Under the pieces are notes generated by a model that searched no databases, was not told the DNA's origin, and was given only the letters and a program-made list of their open reading frames with translations. From NCBI GenBank assembly GCA_963746065.1, contig CAVUZP010000001.1:1453564-1517563 (forward strand): a stretch of DNA of 64,000 nt, in the 5' to 3' direction. Every line of letters starts with the position of its first letter. The stretch's first letter is position 1. The stretch is from an uncultured Alphaproteobacteria bacterium (GTDB lineage: Bacteria > Pseudomonadota > Alphaproteobacteria > Rhizobiales > Xanthobacteraceae). Positions 1 through 10,840 of this stretch are shown piece after piece. Both the position numbers and the translations under genes were made by a program.

Positions 1-574
1 CTCTACGCCCCGTATATCCTGCCGGATGTCCTGGAGACCTTTTCGCGCTCGCACCCGAACGTCGAAATCCAGTTGCGCTGCACGCGCAGCATCCATTTGC
101 ATGCCGCGCTGGAGCGCAGCGAGATCGACATCGCGTTGATGACCAACCAGCCCGAGTTCCGCAGCGGCGAACTGGTGCGTCGCGAACCGCTGGTATGGGT
201 GGCCGCCACCGGCAGCAGCCCGGAAGTGCGCAAACCGCTTCCGCTGGCGGTGCTGCCGCAGGGCAGCGTCTATCGCCAACATGCGCTCGAGGCGCTGGGC
301 GCCGCCGGCCAGCAATGGTCGATACGCTCGGTATGCGACAGCATCGCCGGAACTCCAGGCCGCGGTGTTCGCCGGTCTCGCCGTCTCGGTGTTCCCGCGC
401 TGCGCCGTCGGGCCCGGCATCCGCCGTCTCGGCGAGGCCGACGGGCTGCCGGCCTTGCCGCCGATCGAACTGGTGATGCACCGGAAAAGCCAGGGCATCA
501 CCGATGCCGCCGAACAGCTGGCGCAACACATCGCCCGTGAACTGGGCGATGCCGCCGCAACCGCACGAACGTGA
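1..574 (+). CDS. LysR-family regulator, C-terminal substrate-binding domain (5'-partial; frameshift near 351)
   Basis: Frame 1 reads LYAPYILPDVLETFSRSHPNVEIQLRC...SIAG and continues in another frame as LQAAVFAGLAVSVFP...LPALPPIELVM. One extra A in gccggaactccag. Confidence 0.8.
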
Positions 575-586
575 TCTCCCGCCCGG

Positions 587-2362
587 TCAGGCGGACTTCT
601 GCGGCCGCATGTCTTCACGCTTGATGCCGGCAACGACGACCGGCTTCTTCATGGCATCGCGGCGGAACGGCTCGCCGAGCTCCTGGTTGAGAATGATCTC
701 GATGAACGTCGTGATGCCTTTCTTCTGATCCTCGCAGGATTTTCGCAGCGCTTCCGTCAGTTCGGATTGGGTGTTGACGGAGATGCCCTTGAGACCGCAG
801 CCCTCGGCGACTTTCGCGTAGCTCAGATCGGGATCCAGCTCGGTACCCACGAAATTGTCGTTGTACCATAGGATGGAATTGCGCTTCTCTGCGCCCCATT
901 GATAGTTGCGGAACATCACCATGGTGATCCCCGGCCATTCCTTGCGGCCAATCGAACTCATCTCGTTCATCGAGATGCCGAACGCGCCGTCGCCGGCGAA
1001 GCCGACGCAGGGCGTATCGGGATTGCCGATCTTGGCTCCGATGATCGATGGGAAGCCGTAGCCGCACGGTCCGAACAGGCCCGGCGCCAGATATTTGCGC
1101 CCCTTCTCGAATGTCGGATAGGCATTGCCGATCGCGCAATTGTTGCCGATGTCGCTGGAGATGATGGCCTCGCGCGGCAGACCCGCCTGGATTGCGCGCC
1201 AGGCCTGGCGCGGCGACATCCGCTGCTTGTCGCGCTTGCGCGCGTCCTCGTTCCATGTCGTGCCTGGATCGTCCTCTTCGTGGTCCATGCTCGACAGCGT
1301 CTGCAGCCATTTCGACTTGGTGGTGTGCACCAGCGCCTTGCGCTCCTCGCGGCCGGCATTGCCCGCGCTCGCGGACAACCGCGACAGAATGGCTTCGGCG
1401 ACGAGCCTGGCGTCACCGCAGATTCCAACCGCAACCGGCTTGGTCAGGCCGATCCGGTCCGCATTGATGTCGACCTGGATGAGCTTGGCGGTCTTCGGCC
1501 AGTAGTCGATGCCATAGCCGGGCAGCGTCGAGAACGGATTGAGCCGCGTGCCGAGCGCCAGCACGACGTCGGCCTTGGCGATCAATTCCATCGCGGCCTT
1601 CGAACCATTGTAGCCGAGCGGGCCGACCGCAAGCCGGTGACTTCCGGGAAAGCTGTCATTGTGCTGGTAATTGTTGCAGACCGGCGCGTCGAGCTTTTCG
1701 GCGAGCGCCGTGCAGGCCTCGATGGCATTGCCGAGCACCACGCCGGCGCCCGACAGGATCACCGGGAATTTCGCCTCCGACAGCAATTTCGCCGCTTCGC
1801 TGATCGCGCTGTCGCCGCCGGCCGGACGCTCGAACTCGACAATCGCCGGCAGGTTGATGTCGATGACCTGGGTCCAGTAATCGCGCGGAATGTTGAGCTG
1901 CGCCGGCGCCGACAGGCGCTTGGCCTTGAGGATGACGCGATTGAGCACTTCGGCGACACGCGTGGGATCACGCACCTCCTCCTGGTAGCAGACCATGTCG
2001 CGGAACAAGGCCATCTGCTCGACTTCCTGGAATCCGCCCTGCCCGATGGTCCGGTTGGCGGCCTGCGGCGTCACCAGCAGCATCGGCGTGTGATTCCAGT
2101 ACGCCGTCTTGATCGGCGTGACGAAGCCGGTGACGCCGGGACCGTTCTGCGCGATGACCATCGCCATCTTTCCGGTCGAACGGGTGTAGCCGTCGCAGAT
2201 CAGACCGCCGTTGGATTCGTGGGCGACGTCCCAGAAGGTGATGCCGGCCTGCGGAAACAGGTCGGAAATCGGCATGAAAGCCGAGCCGATGATGCCGAAT
2301 GCATTCTCGATGCCGTGCATCTGCAGGACTTTGACGAAGGCTTCTTCGGTGGTCATTTTCAT
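587..2362 (-). CDS. xsc: Sulfoacetaldehyde acetyltransferase (ThDP-dependent)
   Basis: N-terminus MKMTTEEAFVKVLQMHGIENAFGIIGSAFM, ThDP motif GDGAFG...RNYQWGAEKRN, C-terminal ELGEPFRRDAMKKP; 591 aa. Confidence 0.93.
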   Translation of the reverse strand: MKMTTEEAFVKVLQMHGIENAFGIIGSAFMPISDLFPQAGITFWDVAHESNGGLICDGYTRSTGKMAMVIAQNGPGVTGFVTPIKTAYWNHTPMLLVTPQAANRTIGQGGFQEVEQMALFRDMVCYQEEVRDPTRVAEVLNRVILKAKRLSAPAQLNIPRDYWTQVIDINLPAIVEFERPAGGDSAISEAAKLLSEAKFPVILSGAGVVLGNAIEACTALAEKLDAPVCNNYQHNDSFPGSHRLAVGPLGYNGSKAAMELIAKADVVLALGTRLNPFSTLPGYGIDYWPKTAKLIQVDINADRIGLTKPVAVGICGDARLVAEAILSRLSASAGNAGREERKALVHTTKSKWLQTLSSMDHEEDDPGTTWNEDARKRDKQRMSPRQAWRAIQAGLPREAIISSDIGNNCAIGNAYPTFEKGRKYLAPGLFGPCGYGFPSIIGAKIGNPDTPCVGFAGDGAFGISMNEMSSIGRKEWPGITMVMFRNYQWGAEKRNSILWYNDNFVGTELDPDLSYAKVAEGCGLKGISVNTQSELTEALRKSCEDQKKGITTFIEIILNQELGEPFRRDAMKKPVVVAGIKREDMRPQKSA

Positions 2363-2457
2363 GGCGCGGCCTCGTACTCTTTCGCAAACGTTCTGCAGGA
2401 TGTGGTCCGGGATCATTGGCATGCCCACTCTTCGCCTGCAACAAATATCTCGAAATT

Positions 2458-2474
2458 GAATTCTTTTCGTTCCA
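2458..2474. promoter_or_regulatory. Candidate IclR operator in the xsc/iclR divergent promoter
   Basis: Minus strand TGGAACGAAAAGAATTC resembles the 17-mers at 7391, 9532 and 17269. Confidence 0.4.
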
Positions 2475-2503
2475 TTTTCCGGAATATTTGCTATCCTGTG
2501 CCA

Positions 2504-3265
2504 ATGAACGAGCTGTTCGCTTCCTTGAAACCGCTGGGCCTGCTTGAGGCTGTCGCGGCCATGCCGCATTCCGCCAGCCTCGCCGAGCTCGCGGCGAATG
2601 TCGGCGTACCCAAGCCGACCATGCATCGCTGGCTTGCGGCGCTGGAGGCCGCGGGCCTGCTGCAGCGAACGCTCGACGGCCGCAGGTTCGAACTCGCGCC
2701 GCGCGCGTCGCGACTGGCCTTCTCGATTCTCGGCAATCGTCCCGGCGGGACGCTGCGCCGTGAAATTTTGCAGCGCGTCGTGCAGGAGGTTGGTGAAGCC
2801 TGCAATCTCACCGTGCTCGACGGGACACAGGTCAGCTATCTCGATCGCGTCGAGGCGGAATGGCTGTTGCGCATATCGTTTCAGCAGGGATCCAAGGTGC
2901 CGGCCTATTGCTCCGCCAGCGGCAAGCTGTTTCTCGCCTTGATGCGGCCGGCCAAGCGCGACCTGCTGCTTCGCCTGATGCCGCTGCAACGAATGACCGA
3001 CAACACCATCACCGACACCGGGGAATTGCTCAACGAACTTGCCGAGATCCGCCGCGTCAAATACGCGCTCGACCGCGAGGAGTTCCTGTCCGGCCTGGTC
3101 TGCCTCGCCGTTCCCGTTTTTCAGCAGAAGGCGCAGTCACGAACCTGCGTCGCCGCGCTTGCCATCCAGGCCCCGGTGACACGGATGTCGCAGTCGCTTC
3201 TCCTGAGCAAGCTCCCCATCCTGCAGCGGGCCGCGGACGCGCTCGCCATCACCCTTGCCGAGTAG
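2504..3265 (+). CDS. IclR-family transcriptional regulator
   Basis: HTH SLAELAANVGVPKPTMHRWL; effector-domain motifs GSKVPAYCSASGKLFL and DREEFLSGLVCLAVP. Confidence 0.9.
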   Translation: MNELFASLKPLGLLEAVAAMPHSASLAELAANVGVPKPTMHRWLAALEAAGLLQRTLDGRRFELAPRASRLAFSILGNRPGGTLRREILQRVVQEVGEACNLTVLDGTQVSYLDRVEAEWLLRISFQQGSKVPAYCSASGKLFLALMRPAKRDLLLRLMPLQRMTDNTITDTGELLNELAEIRRVKYALDREEFLSGLVCLAVPVFQQKAQSRTCVAALAIQAPVTRMSQSLLLSKLPILQRAADALAITLAE

Positions 3266-3267
3266 CG

Positions 3268-4194
3268 ATGAACACCATGACAACCGAACCGACGTTCCCC
3301 AGGCTGGACGCGCTCGAGGCCGCCGCCCGCGGCAAAGGACGACTCGCGGTGGCAGTCGCCTATCCCTGTTCGAACGACGCGCTCGCGGCGGCCGTGTCGG
3401 CTTGGGAGGCCGGCATCATCGACCCCGTGCTGGTCGGTCCGCGGCAGCGGATCGCAGCCTGCGCCACCGCGCTGCAGGTCAGTCTTGACGGCTTCCGCCT
3501 GGTCGAGGCGGAGGACGATCCGGTCGCCGCGTCACGGGCGGCGGTGGCGCTGGTCGGCGCCGGGGAAGCCCAGGCGCTGATGAAAGGATCGCAGCACACC
3601 GACGAACTGCTGGGCGCGGTGGTATCGCGCGAGGCCCATCTGCGGACGTCGCGTCGCATGAGCCATGTGTTCTGGTTCGATCTGCCGGCCTATCACAAGC
3701 CGCTGATGGTCACCGATGCCGTCGTCAACATGGCGCCAAGCCTGAAGGACAAGGTCGATATCCTCGCCAATGTGATCCATTTTTCGCATGCCATCGGGAT
3801 CGCCGCGCCCAAGATCGCGTTGCTGTCGGCAATCGAGACCGTCAATCCCGATCATGGCTCGAGCGTAGACGCGGCCGCGCTTTCCAAGATGGCCGATCGC
3901 GGTCAGATCGGCGGCGCGGTGATCGACGGGCCGCTGGCATTCGACAATGCGATTTCAGCCGCTTCGGCGATGACCAAAGGAATCTCCTCCGCCGTCGCCG
4001 GAGAGCCTGATATCCTGATGGTGCCCGGTCTCGACGTCGGCAACGTGCTCTACAAGTCGCTGATCTACATGGGCCGCGGCGAATGCGCCGGCGTGGTGCT
4101 GGGCGCGCGGGTGCCGATCATTCTCACCAGCCGCTCCGACTCCCGGCGCGCGCGCGTGGCCTCCTGCGCCCTGGCGAAGCTCAGCCTGCCCTGA
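3268..4194 (+). CDS. pta: Phosphate acetyl/butyryltransferase
   Basis: LMKGSQHT, DGPLAFDNAIS, GNVLYK and PIILTSRSDS motifs; next to xsc, which makes acetyl phosphate. Confidence 0.8.
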   Translation: MNTMTTEPTFPRLDALEAAARGKGRLAVAVAYPCSNDALAAAVSAWEAGIIDPVLVGPRQRIAACATALQVSLDGFRLVEAEDDPVAASRAAVALVGAGEAQALMKGSQHTDELLGAVVSREAHLRTSRRMSHVFWFDLPAYHKPLMVTDAVVNMAPSLKDKVDILANVIHFSHAIGIAAPKIALLSAIETVNPDHGSSVDAAALSKMADRGQIGGAVIDGPLAFDNAISAASAMTKGISSAVAGEPDILMVPGLDVGNVLYKSLIYMGRGECAGVVLGARVPIILTSRSDSRRARVASCALAKLSLP

Positions 4195-4222
4195 TTCCGC
4201 ACCGACCGGCATCCGCTGCTGC

Positions 4223-5843
4223 TCACGCGGCCATCGATCCGGCTTTGGCGGCCTCCAGGATCATGTCGGAGGCCTTTTCCGCGATCATCACCGCCGGCGC
4301 ATGTGTGTTGCCGGAGACCAGCGTCGGCATGATCGAGCAGTCGACGACGCGCAGTCCGGCAATGCCGTGAACCCGCAGGCTCGCATCCGTTACCGCCATG
4401 GCATCGGACCCCATCTTGCAGGTCCCGGTGGGATGAAAGATGGTCGCACCATATTCGCGTGCGAATTCGAGGATCTCGCTGTCTGACTGCACCGCGGTAC
4501 CGGGCTTGTACTCGCTTTCGATGTAGGGGCGCAGCGCGTCGGTCGCCGCCAGCCTGCGGGCGTATTTGATGGATTGCACGGCGCAGATGCGGTCCTTTTC
4601 GGTGGCGAGGTAGTTCGGGCGCATCGACGGCGGCTGCATCGGATCCGTCGACCTGATCTCGACGCTGCCGCGCGACTCCGGCCGCAACTGGCAGACCGAG
4701 AAGGTGCAGCCGGACCATGGATGCGGCTTGGCGCCGGCAAGCTCCGCCGACAGCGTGGCGAAATGAAACTGGATGTCCGGCGTCTGCGAACCCGGCAGAA
4801 TCCGCGTGAACAACCCGCCCTGGTTGATGCCGATGCCGAGCGGCCCGCGGCCGGTCATCAGCCATTTCAGCCCGATGCGCGCCTGGCCGGCCAGCGTACG
4901 CAGCTCGTCATTGGTGGTGATCGGCTTTGTCACCCGATACATCAGGCGGAATTGCAGATGATCCTGCAGGTTCTGGCCAACGCCGGGCAGTTCGTGCACG
5001 ACGCCGATGCCGTGGCGGCGCAACAGGTCGGCCGGGCCGATGCCGGAAAGCTGCAGCAGTTGCGGACTCTGCAAGCGCGCCCGCCGACAGCACCACCTCA
5101 CGCGCGGCCCGCACCTCGTGGATGGCGCCATGCTGGCGGTATCGCAAACCCACAACCCTGCGGCCGTCGAGCATGAGGCCGGTCGCCTGCGCGTCGGTCT
5201 CGACCCGCAGGTTGTCGCGCCCGCGCGCCGGCTTGAGATAGGCCACCGCCGAGCTGTTGCGCCAGCCATTGCGGGTGAAAAGCTGGAAATAGCCGACGCC
5301 TTCCTGATTGCCGCCGTTGAAGTCGGTGGTTCGGGGAACCCCAAGTTCCTCGGCGCCGCGAATGATGGCCTCCATCAGTTCGCTTCTTTCCTCGATATCG
5401 GACGACCATAGCGGACCGTCAGCGCCGTGAACGTCACTGGCGCCGCGGCTGTTGTGTTCCGACTTGATAAAATAGGGCAGAACATCGTTCCAGCCCCAGC
5501 CGGCATTGCCAAGCTGCGCCCAATGATCGTAGTCCTCGCTCTGGCCGCGGATGAAGATCAGCCCGTTGATCGAACTCGATCCGCCCAATCCCCGGCCCCG
5601 CGGCCAGTAGATCTTGCGATCGTGCATGTTCGGCTCGGGGTCAGTGTAGAATCCCCAATTGTAGGCCTTGTGAAACATCGTCTTGCCATACCCGATCGGG
5701 ATATGGATCCAGAGATAGTTGTCGCGCGGCCCCGCCTCCAGCAGCAGCACCTTGAAGCGGCCGTCCGCACTGAGCCGGTTGGCCAGCACGCAGCCCGACG
5801 ATCCCGCGCCGACGATCACATAGTCGAATTCAACCGCAGCCAA
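4223..5843 (-). CDS. GMC-family FAD oxidoreductase (choline/isethionate dehydrogenase-like), frameshift near 5075
   Basis: FDYVIVGAGSSGCVLANRLS and RGRGLGGSSSING in one frame; QSPQLLQLSGIG...FHPTGTCKMG...GNTHAP in another. One extra base at LSAGAL/QSP. TTG start is an estimate. Confidence 0.85.
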
Positions 5844-5960
5844 TATCGCACCCGTCCCTGGTCGGTCGTTCCCCAAGACATTGCACCAGCCTTGTCGGGA
5901 GCCGCAAGGGCGAACGAACCTGCCCGTCTCAAGACGGCAACAGCCAGCCGCCGCAGATGG

Positions 5961-6316
5961 CTACATCACGATGAAGACATCACCGTTTTCGACTTCCACC
6001 TCGAAGCGGCGCAGCCGCAGCTTGCCGTGATCGGCGACCGATTTTCCGCTGCAGATGTCGAATTCGAAGCCATGCCACGGGCAGCGCAGGATCTGTCCGG
6101 GGCGATCCATCATGAGCACATTGGGTTGATCGCTATGGGCGTACCCGGTCAGGCAACCATGTTCGAGGTCCGCGCCCTGGTGCGGGCAGCGCCCCGCCAC
6201 TGCCCTGATCTCGCCGGAAGGAAGCCGCGTCAGCAGAATGTTGCCGCGTCCGAGCGTCACCGGCACCAATGCATGGCTCGAACTTCGTCGGCACGAGCGA
6301 CCAGATGTCTTGTCAT
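5961..6316 (-). CDS. Rieske [2Fe-2S] ferredoxin, frameshift near 6275
   Basis: CPHQG and CPWHG Rieske motifs. Likely start ATG ([12 protein letters not shown]) overlaps the upstream stop as ATGA but is one base out of frame with the body. Confidence 0.8.
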
Positions 6317-7362
6317 TGACGCGGCGCCTCAACGCCATACAGCGCGGCGCCGTTCTTCCAGAAGATCTTCTCCTGCAGATCCTCGGGCAGCGAGCGCGGG
6401 ATCGACGATTTCGGATCATCGAAGTCGAAATGCGGATAATCCGTGGAGAATACCAGGTACTCGTCGCTGCCCATCAGATCGATCAGTTTCATCCACTGGT
6501 CGGCAGTCAGATCCTCGGCCGGCTGGGTGGAAAACCGCAGGCGTCCGCGCATATGCTCGCTCGGCAGCTTCTTGACCCAGGGCACCTCGACCCGACCCTG
6601 GCGATACTCCCGGTCCATCCGCCACATCAGGTGCGGCAGCCAGCTAAATCCTCCCTCCAGGATGATGAAGCGCAGCGAGGGATAGAGGTCAAACACCCCG
6701 TTGAGAATGAGGCTGATGACTTCCGCCATCATCGAGGTCGGCAGCAGCGTGTGCCGCTCGATATAGTGCAGCCCCATCCCGAACGGTCCTTCCGCCAGGA
6801 TCGTGTGATGCAGCGCTATGACCAGACGGTGTCGCTCGGCGGCGGCAAAAATCGGGCGATACATCGGGTGGCCGTAGGCGATATCGTCGACGACCGGCAA
6901 CATCACCTGCTTGATCTGCGGGTGTGCCGCCATCCGGTCGATCTCCCGGGCAGCCTCTTCCGGATCACGCGCATTGATCTGGATGCTGCCGATGAACCGC
7001 TTGTCCTTGGCCAGCCAATGCTCGGCGACATAGTCGTTATAGGCGGCCGCGAGCGCCGAACTCAGGCCGTACTGCAGCTTCAGCATGGTCGGATAGAAAT
7101 AACCGGTCAGCACCGCGTAGGTCTGGTTATAGGTGTCGAGCAGTTGTCGGCGCATCACCCCATAGTCGCTGACCGAGGCCGAGCCGTCGGCGTTGCGGAC
7201 GTCGGCGCGATTGCCGCTTCCCGGCGAGGTGTAGGCAAATGGCTGGCTGAAGCCGCGCCAGGCGCCACGCGCGATCCACTCGCGATAGGGCTCCTTCAGG
7301 TAGGGAACGAGGTCGCGGACGCCCGCGAAACTCTCATGAACGTCGGCATCCAGCAGCAGCAT
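6313..7362 (-). CDS. Amidohydrolase_2-fold metalloprotein
   Basis: [24 protein letters not shown] and [13 protein letters not shown] motifs. Confidence 0.85.
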   Translation of the reverse strand: MLLLDADVHESFAGVRDLVPYLKEPYREWIARGAWRGFSQPFAYTSPGSGNRADVRNADGSASVSDYGVMRRQLLDTYNQTYAVLTGYFYPTMLKLQYGLSSALAAAYNDYVAEHWLAKDKRFIGSIQINARDPEEAAREIDRMAAHPQIKQVMLPVVDDIAYGHPMYRPIFAAAERHRLVIALHHTILAEGPFGMGLHYIERHTLLPTSMMAEVISLILNGVFDLYPSLRFIILEGGFSWLPHLMWRMDREYRQGRVEVPWVKKLPSEHMRGRLRFSTQPAEDLTADQWMKLIDLMGSDEYLVFSTDYPHFDFDDPKSSIPRSLPEDLQEKIFWKNGAALYGVEAPRQ

Positions 7363-7390
7363 GGCGAGGCCTCAACTACGTGTCAAAAAT

Positions 7391-7407
7391 CGGGACAAAA
7401 CATACCG
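7391..7407. promoter_or_regulatory. Candidate IclR operator
   Basis: CGGGACAAAACATACCG flanked by A/T runs, just upstream of the amidohydrolase gene. Confidence 0.4.
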
Positions 7408-7462
7408 TTTTCTATGGTGCCCGCAAGGCACCGTCACAGGCAAGCGATTTCTTGGCGACGCC

Positions 7463-8569
7463 TCATGGTGCCGCCCGGCGGATCCCGGCGGAATGGTGGA
7501 ACTCTTCGCGAGCTACCCGGGCGGCGGCGACGGCGGCCGGGTCGAGCCGCGGCATCGCGGCCTGTTCCAGCACCAAGCGGCCGCGCTCGACCCGAAGCGG
7601 CACGGTCAACAGGCCGCGGCGCTGCTTCAGGAAGCCGTTCATCTCACCGGCCGTCGCCAACAGCCGCGCGCCGACGCAGGCTTCCATCCAGCAGCCGATC
7701 TCGCTGGCCACGCCATTGCCCAGCACCGCCGTCATGCCGAGCGCGTCGATGCGGCCGAGCGCCTGTTCAGCCGCATCGATGCTGCCGAGCTTCATCAGTT
7801 TCAGCTTGATGATGTCGGCCGCGCCCAGCGCTGCCGCTTTTTCGACGTCCGCCATGGTGTAGATAGATTCATCGAGCATGATCGGAACCGTTGCCACACG
7901 TTTGACGGCAAGTGCGGCATCCCAATCGCCGGCCGCGCAGGCCTGCTCGAACAGTTCGATGCCGTCGGGGTCGAGGCTGCGCGCGAAAATGCACCCGTCA
8001 TCCTTCGAGTAGCCCTGATTGGCGTCGATCCGGATCCGGGCCCGTCCGCGCAACGCCCGCTGGACATGCCGAACCCGGCGCAAATCGTCCTTTACGTTCC
8101 AGCCCACCTTGACCTTGATGGTGGAGTAGCCCGCCTCCAGCAACCGCTCCAGTTCGGCATCGAGCGCGTCCGGCGCGGTTTCGTTCAGGATGGCGAGCAG
8201 CGCCACCGAGCCCGCCATCGGGTGGAGCGCGGCGTGGTCGTCAGCCATCTCCAACGCCGTGACAAAGGCCGTCACGGTGAACGGATTTCCGCCAAGCCAG
8301 GGAGCGAGACGGCGGCTCAGCTCCGCCTCCGGTGTACCTGGCAATTCCGCTCCGATCGTCCGCGCCGCCTGCCAACACTGATCGAGCGTCTCCTCGGTGT
8401 ACCCGGTCAGGATGGTCGCCTCGCCGACGCCACTGCGACCATCGGCAAGCGTTACCGTCACGAGCAGGGTATCGAAGGCCTCGACATTGCCGAACACCAG
8501 CTTGTAGGGGGTCTTGAGCGGCACCCGCAGCAGGTCCAGCTCGATCCGCTCGAGGTGGGATTTCGACAT
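7463..8569 (-). CDS. Enolase superfamily, muconate-lactonizing-enzyme subgroup
   Basis: KVKVG (KxK), IDANQG, LFEQ, LDES and KLMKLG catalytic/metal motifs. Confidence 0.85.
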   Translation of the reverse strand: MSKSHLERIELDLLRVPLKTPYKLVFGNVEAFDTLLVTVTLADGRSGVGEATILTGYTEETLDQCWQAARTIGAELPGTPEAELSRRLAPWLGGNPFTVTAFVTALEMADDHAALHPMAGSVALLAILNETAPDALDAELERLLEAGYSTIKVKVGWNVKDDLRRVRHVQRALRGRARIRIDANQGYSKDDGCIFARSLDPDGIELFEQACAAGDWDAALAVKRVATVPIMLDESIYTMADVEKAAALGAADIIKLKLMKLGSIDAAEQALGRIDALGMTAVLGNGVASEIGCWMEACVGARLLATAGEMNGFLKQRRGLLTVPLRVERGRLVLEQAAMPRLDPAAVAAARVAREEFHHSAGIRRAAP

Positions 8570-8643
8570 GCAGGCTCCCTGTTCAATTCCGCCACGTATT
8601 CGATATCGGCGCAAACGCGCGGTGTTGATGCGGCCGATCGCGA

Positions 8644-9459
8644 TCAAAGCAGCGTGCGCGCGAGCCGCTCGGCGGCGCGGCGCAGGGTCGACACATGCTT
8701 GCGGGCGCCCTCGACGCTCAGGCGCGCGACGGGAGCATGCAGGGCGAGGCCCGCGAACATCTCCCCGTCACTGCCAATCAGGGGAACGCTCAGCCCGATC
8801 GCGCCGACCATGAACTCCTCGTTGTTGACGGCCATCCGCTGGTCGCGAATCCGGGCCAGTTCGGCTTCGAGACGTTTCCGGTCGGTGAAGGTATTGGGCG
8901 CATAGGGGCGCAACTCGATTTCATCGAGCAGCGCCGCCCGCCGCGCCAGCGGCATCAGCGCCAGGAAGAGCTTTCCAGTGGCGGTGCAATGCAGCGGCAC
9001 GCGCGAGCCCGCGCTCAGATGGGTCCGCAGCGGCCAGTTGCATTCGACCCGCTGAACATAGGCGACGCTCGAGGCATCGAGCACGCCGAGATTGACGGAC
9101 TCGCCAAGCTCGGCGACCAGTCGCTCGAGAATGGCCAGTATCGGCGACATGCGCGCCGCAAACACGACCGTTCGCAACGAAATCCGGGTCAGCCGGTCGC
9201 CGGGCACATAGCGTTTGCCGCTGAGATCGCGGGTCAGAAGCTGCGCCGCCTCCAGCGTGATCAGCAGGCGGTGCACGGTCGCCTTCGGCAGGTCCATCCC
9301 CGCGACGAGCTCGGCGAGGGTCAAGGGCCGATCGGCGCCGATCAGGTGCTCCAGCAGCGCAAATCCCTTTTGCAGGGCAGACGACCCCGACGCAGACTCC
9401 TCCGGCAGTAACGCGGCCGGACCGCGCGGCTTTCGCTCTGGTCTGGAAATTGGCTTCAA
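8644..9459 (-). CDS. IclR-family transcriptional regulator
   Basis: LTLAELVAGMDLPKATVHRLL HTH; GSRVPLHCTATGKLFL. TTG start is an estimate. Confidence 0.88.
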   Translation of the reverse strand: MKPISRPERKPRGPAALLPEESASGSSALQKGFALLEHLIGADRPLTLAELVAGMDLPKATVHRLLITLEAAQLLTRDLSGKRYVPGDRLTRISLRTVVFAARMSPILAILERLVAELGESVNLGVLDASSVAYVQRVECNWPLRTHLSAGSRVPLHCTATGKLFLALMPLARRAALLDEIELRPYAPNTFTDRKRLEAELARIRDQRMAVNNEEFMVGAIGLSVPLIGSDGEMFAGLALHAPVARLSVEGARKHVSTLRRAAERLARTLL

Positions 9460-9531
9460 GCAGCGATCCCAAGGTGGCAGTGGAAACTCAGACCCGCACC
9501 GCCGATGCGGCAATCCTATCATATCAAAAAG

Positions 9532-9548
9532 CGAGACGGAATATCTCG
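9532..9548. promoter_or_regulatory. Palindromic operator between iclR and the MFS gene
   Basis: CGAGA-CGGAATA-TCTCG inverted repeat in a divergent promoter. Confidence 0.5.
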
Positions 9549-9628
9549 AAAAAATGATTGCCTGCGAAGGAAAAACGTCTAGCGTCACGGCATCGGGATA
9601 TGGGTCCTTCGCGGAACTATGGATCAGC

Positions 9629-10840
9629 GTGCGGTTACTGCCTAAGGCGATTGCGGCGACGTTGGGCGTGCAGGCGATCATCGTCCTGGCGTCGCTCGTC
9701 GTGCCGCTGACCGCGACCGCCGTGGCACCGCGCCTCGGGGTCGAACCGCATCTGGTCGGGTACTATGCCGCGCTGACCTTCCTCGCCGCGGCCTTTGCGT
9801 CCCTGGTGACGCCGCGATGGGTGCGCCGCTTCGGCGCCATTCGTGTCCATCAGATCATGCTGCTGGTTGCGGTGGTGGGACTTTTGATGCTTCGATCCGA
9901 AACGCTTGTCGGGTTCGCGCTCAGCGCGCTGCTGCTGGGGCTCGCTTACGGCCCGGCCAATCCTGCCAGTTCCTCGCTGCTCGCGCGCTACGCGGCGCCC
10001 GCCAGCCGGGCGCGGGTATTTGCGTTGAAGCAGACCGCCGTCCCGCTCGGTGCCGCGCTCGCAGGGTTCGCCGTTCCTTTTCTGATGACCAAGTTCGGTT
10101 GGCCGGCGACGGTGCTGGCGGTGGTGGCGATCTGCCTGCTGGCCGCGCTCCTGGTCGGCGGCTGGCGAGGTGAGCTGGATGATGCGCAAGGGGATCTAGC
10201 CCCGGTCGGAAAGACTGGAGCGGTCGCCTCGCTTCGTCTGATCTTGGGCAATGCCGGCCTGCAGCCCCTGGGCATCATGGCGGTCTGCTTTGCGGCGACC
10301 CAGTTCAACTTCACCGCGGTGTTCGCCGCCGTTCTGGTGGAGCGGATGAGATGGTCGCCGGTCGAGGCTGGCGCCACGCTGTCGATCGCCATGGCGGTCA
10401 GCGTCGGCTCCCGGCTCGGTTGGGGATGGGTGGCGGATCATGCACCCCCGCGCCTGGTGCTGGCGGGGCTTGGCACGATGATGGCGCTGGCGACCATTGC
10501 CTGCGCCTTCCTCTCTCCGGCATGGCCGGCGCTGTTGATCTATGCGGTGGCATTTCTGTTCGGTGCCTCGGGCTCGAGCTGGAACGGTCTGGCGCTGTCG
10601 GAGGCCGCCCATTTCGCCCCGAGCGGACAGGTCGGCGAAGCGACCGCTGGCGTGATGTTCTTCATCTACGGTGGCGCGCTGCTGGGGCCGGCCTTGTTCA
10701 GCCTGGTTACCTCCCTCAGCGGCACCCTCACCGCACCGTTTCTGCTGCTCGGCGTGCTGGCACTGCTGCCGGTGCCGGTGCTGCTGAGAATGAACGCCGG
10801 CTCAGCTTCGAGCGGCGCAACCGCCAAGGGGTCGACATGA
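9629..10840 (+). CDS. MFS transporter
   Basis: About 12 hydrophobic segments; motifs VRRFGAIR, GPANPASS, ALKQTAVPLG and WGWVADH. Confidence 0.85.
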   Translation: MRLLPKAIAATLGVQAIIVLASLVVPLTATAVAPRLGVEPHLVGYYAALTFLAAAFASLVTPRWVRRFGAIRVHQIMLLVAVVGLLMLRSETLVGFALSALLLGLAYGPANPASSSLLARYAAPASRARVFALKQTAVPLGAALAGFAVPFLMTKFGWPATVLAVVAICLLAALLVGGWRGELDDAQGDLAPVGKTGAVASLRLILGNAGLQPLGIMAVCFAATQFNFTAVFAAVLVERMRWSPVEAGATLSIAMAVSVGSRLGWGWVADHAPPRLVLAGLGTMMALATIACAFLSPAWPALLIYAVAFLFGASGSSWNGLALSEAAHFAPSGQVGEATAGVMFFIYGGALLGPALFSLVTSLSGTLTAPFLLLGVLALLPVPVLLRMNAGSASSGATAKGST

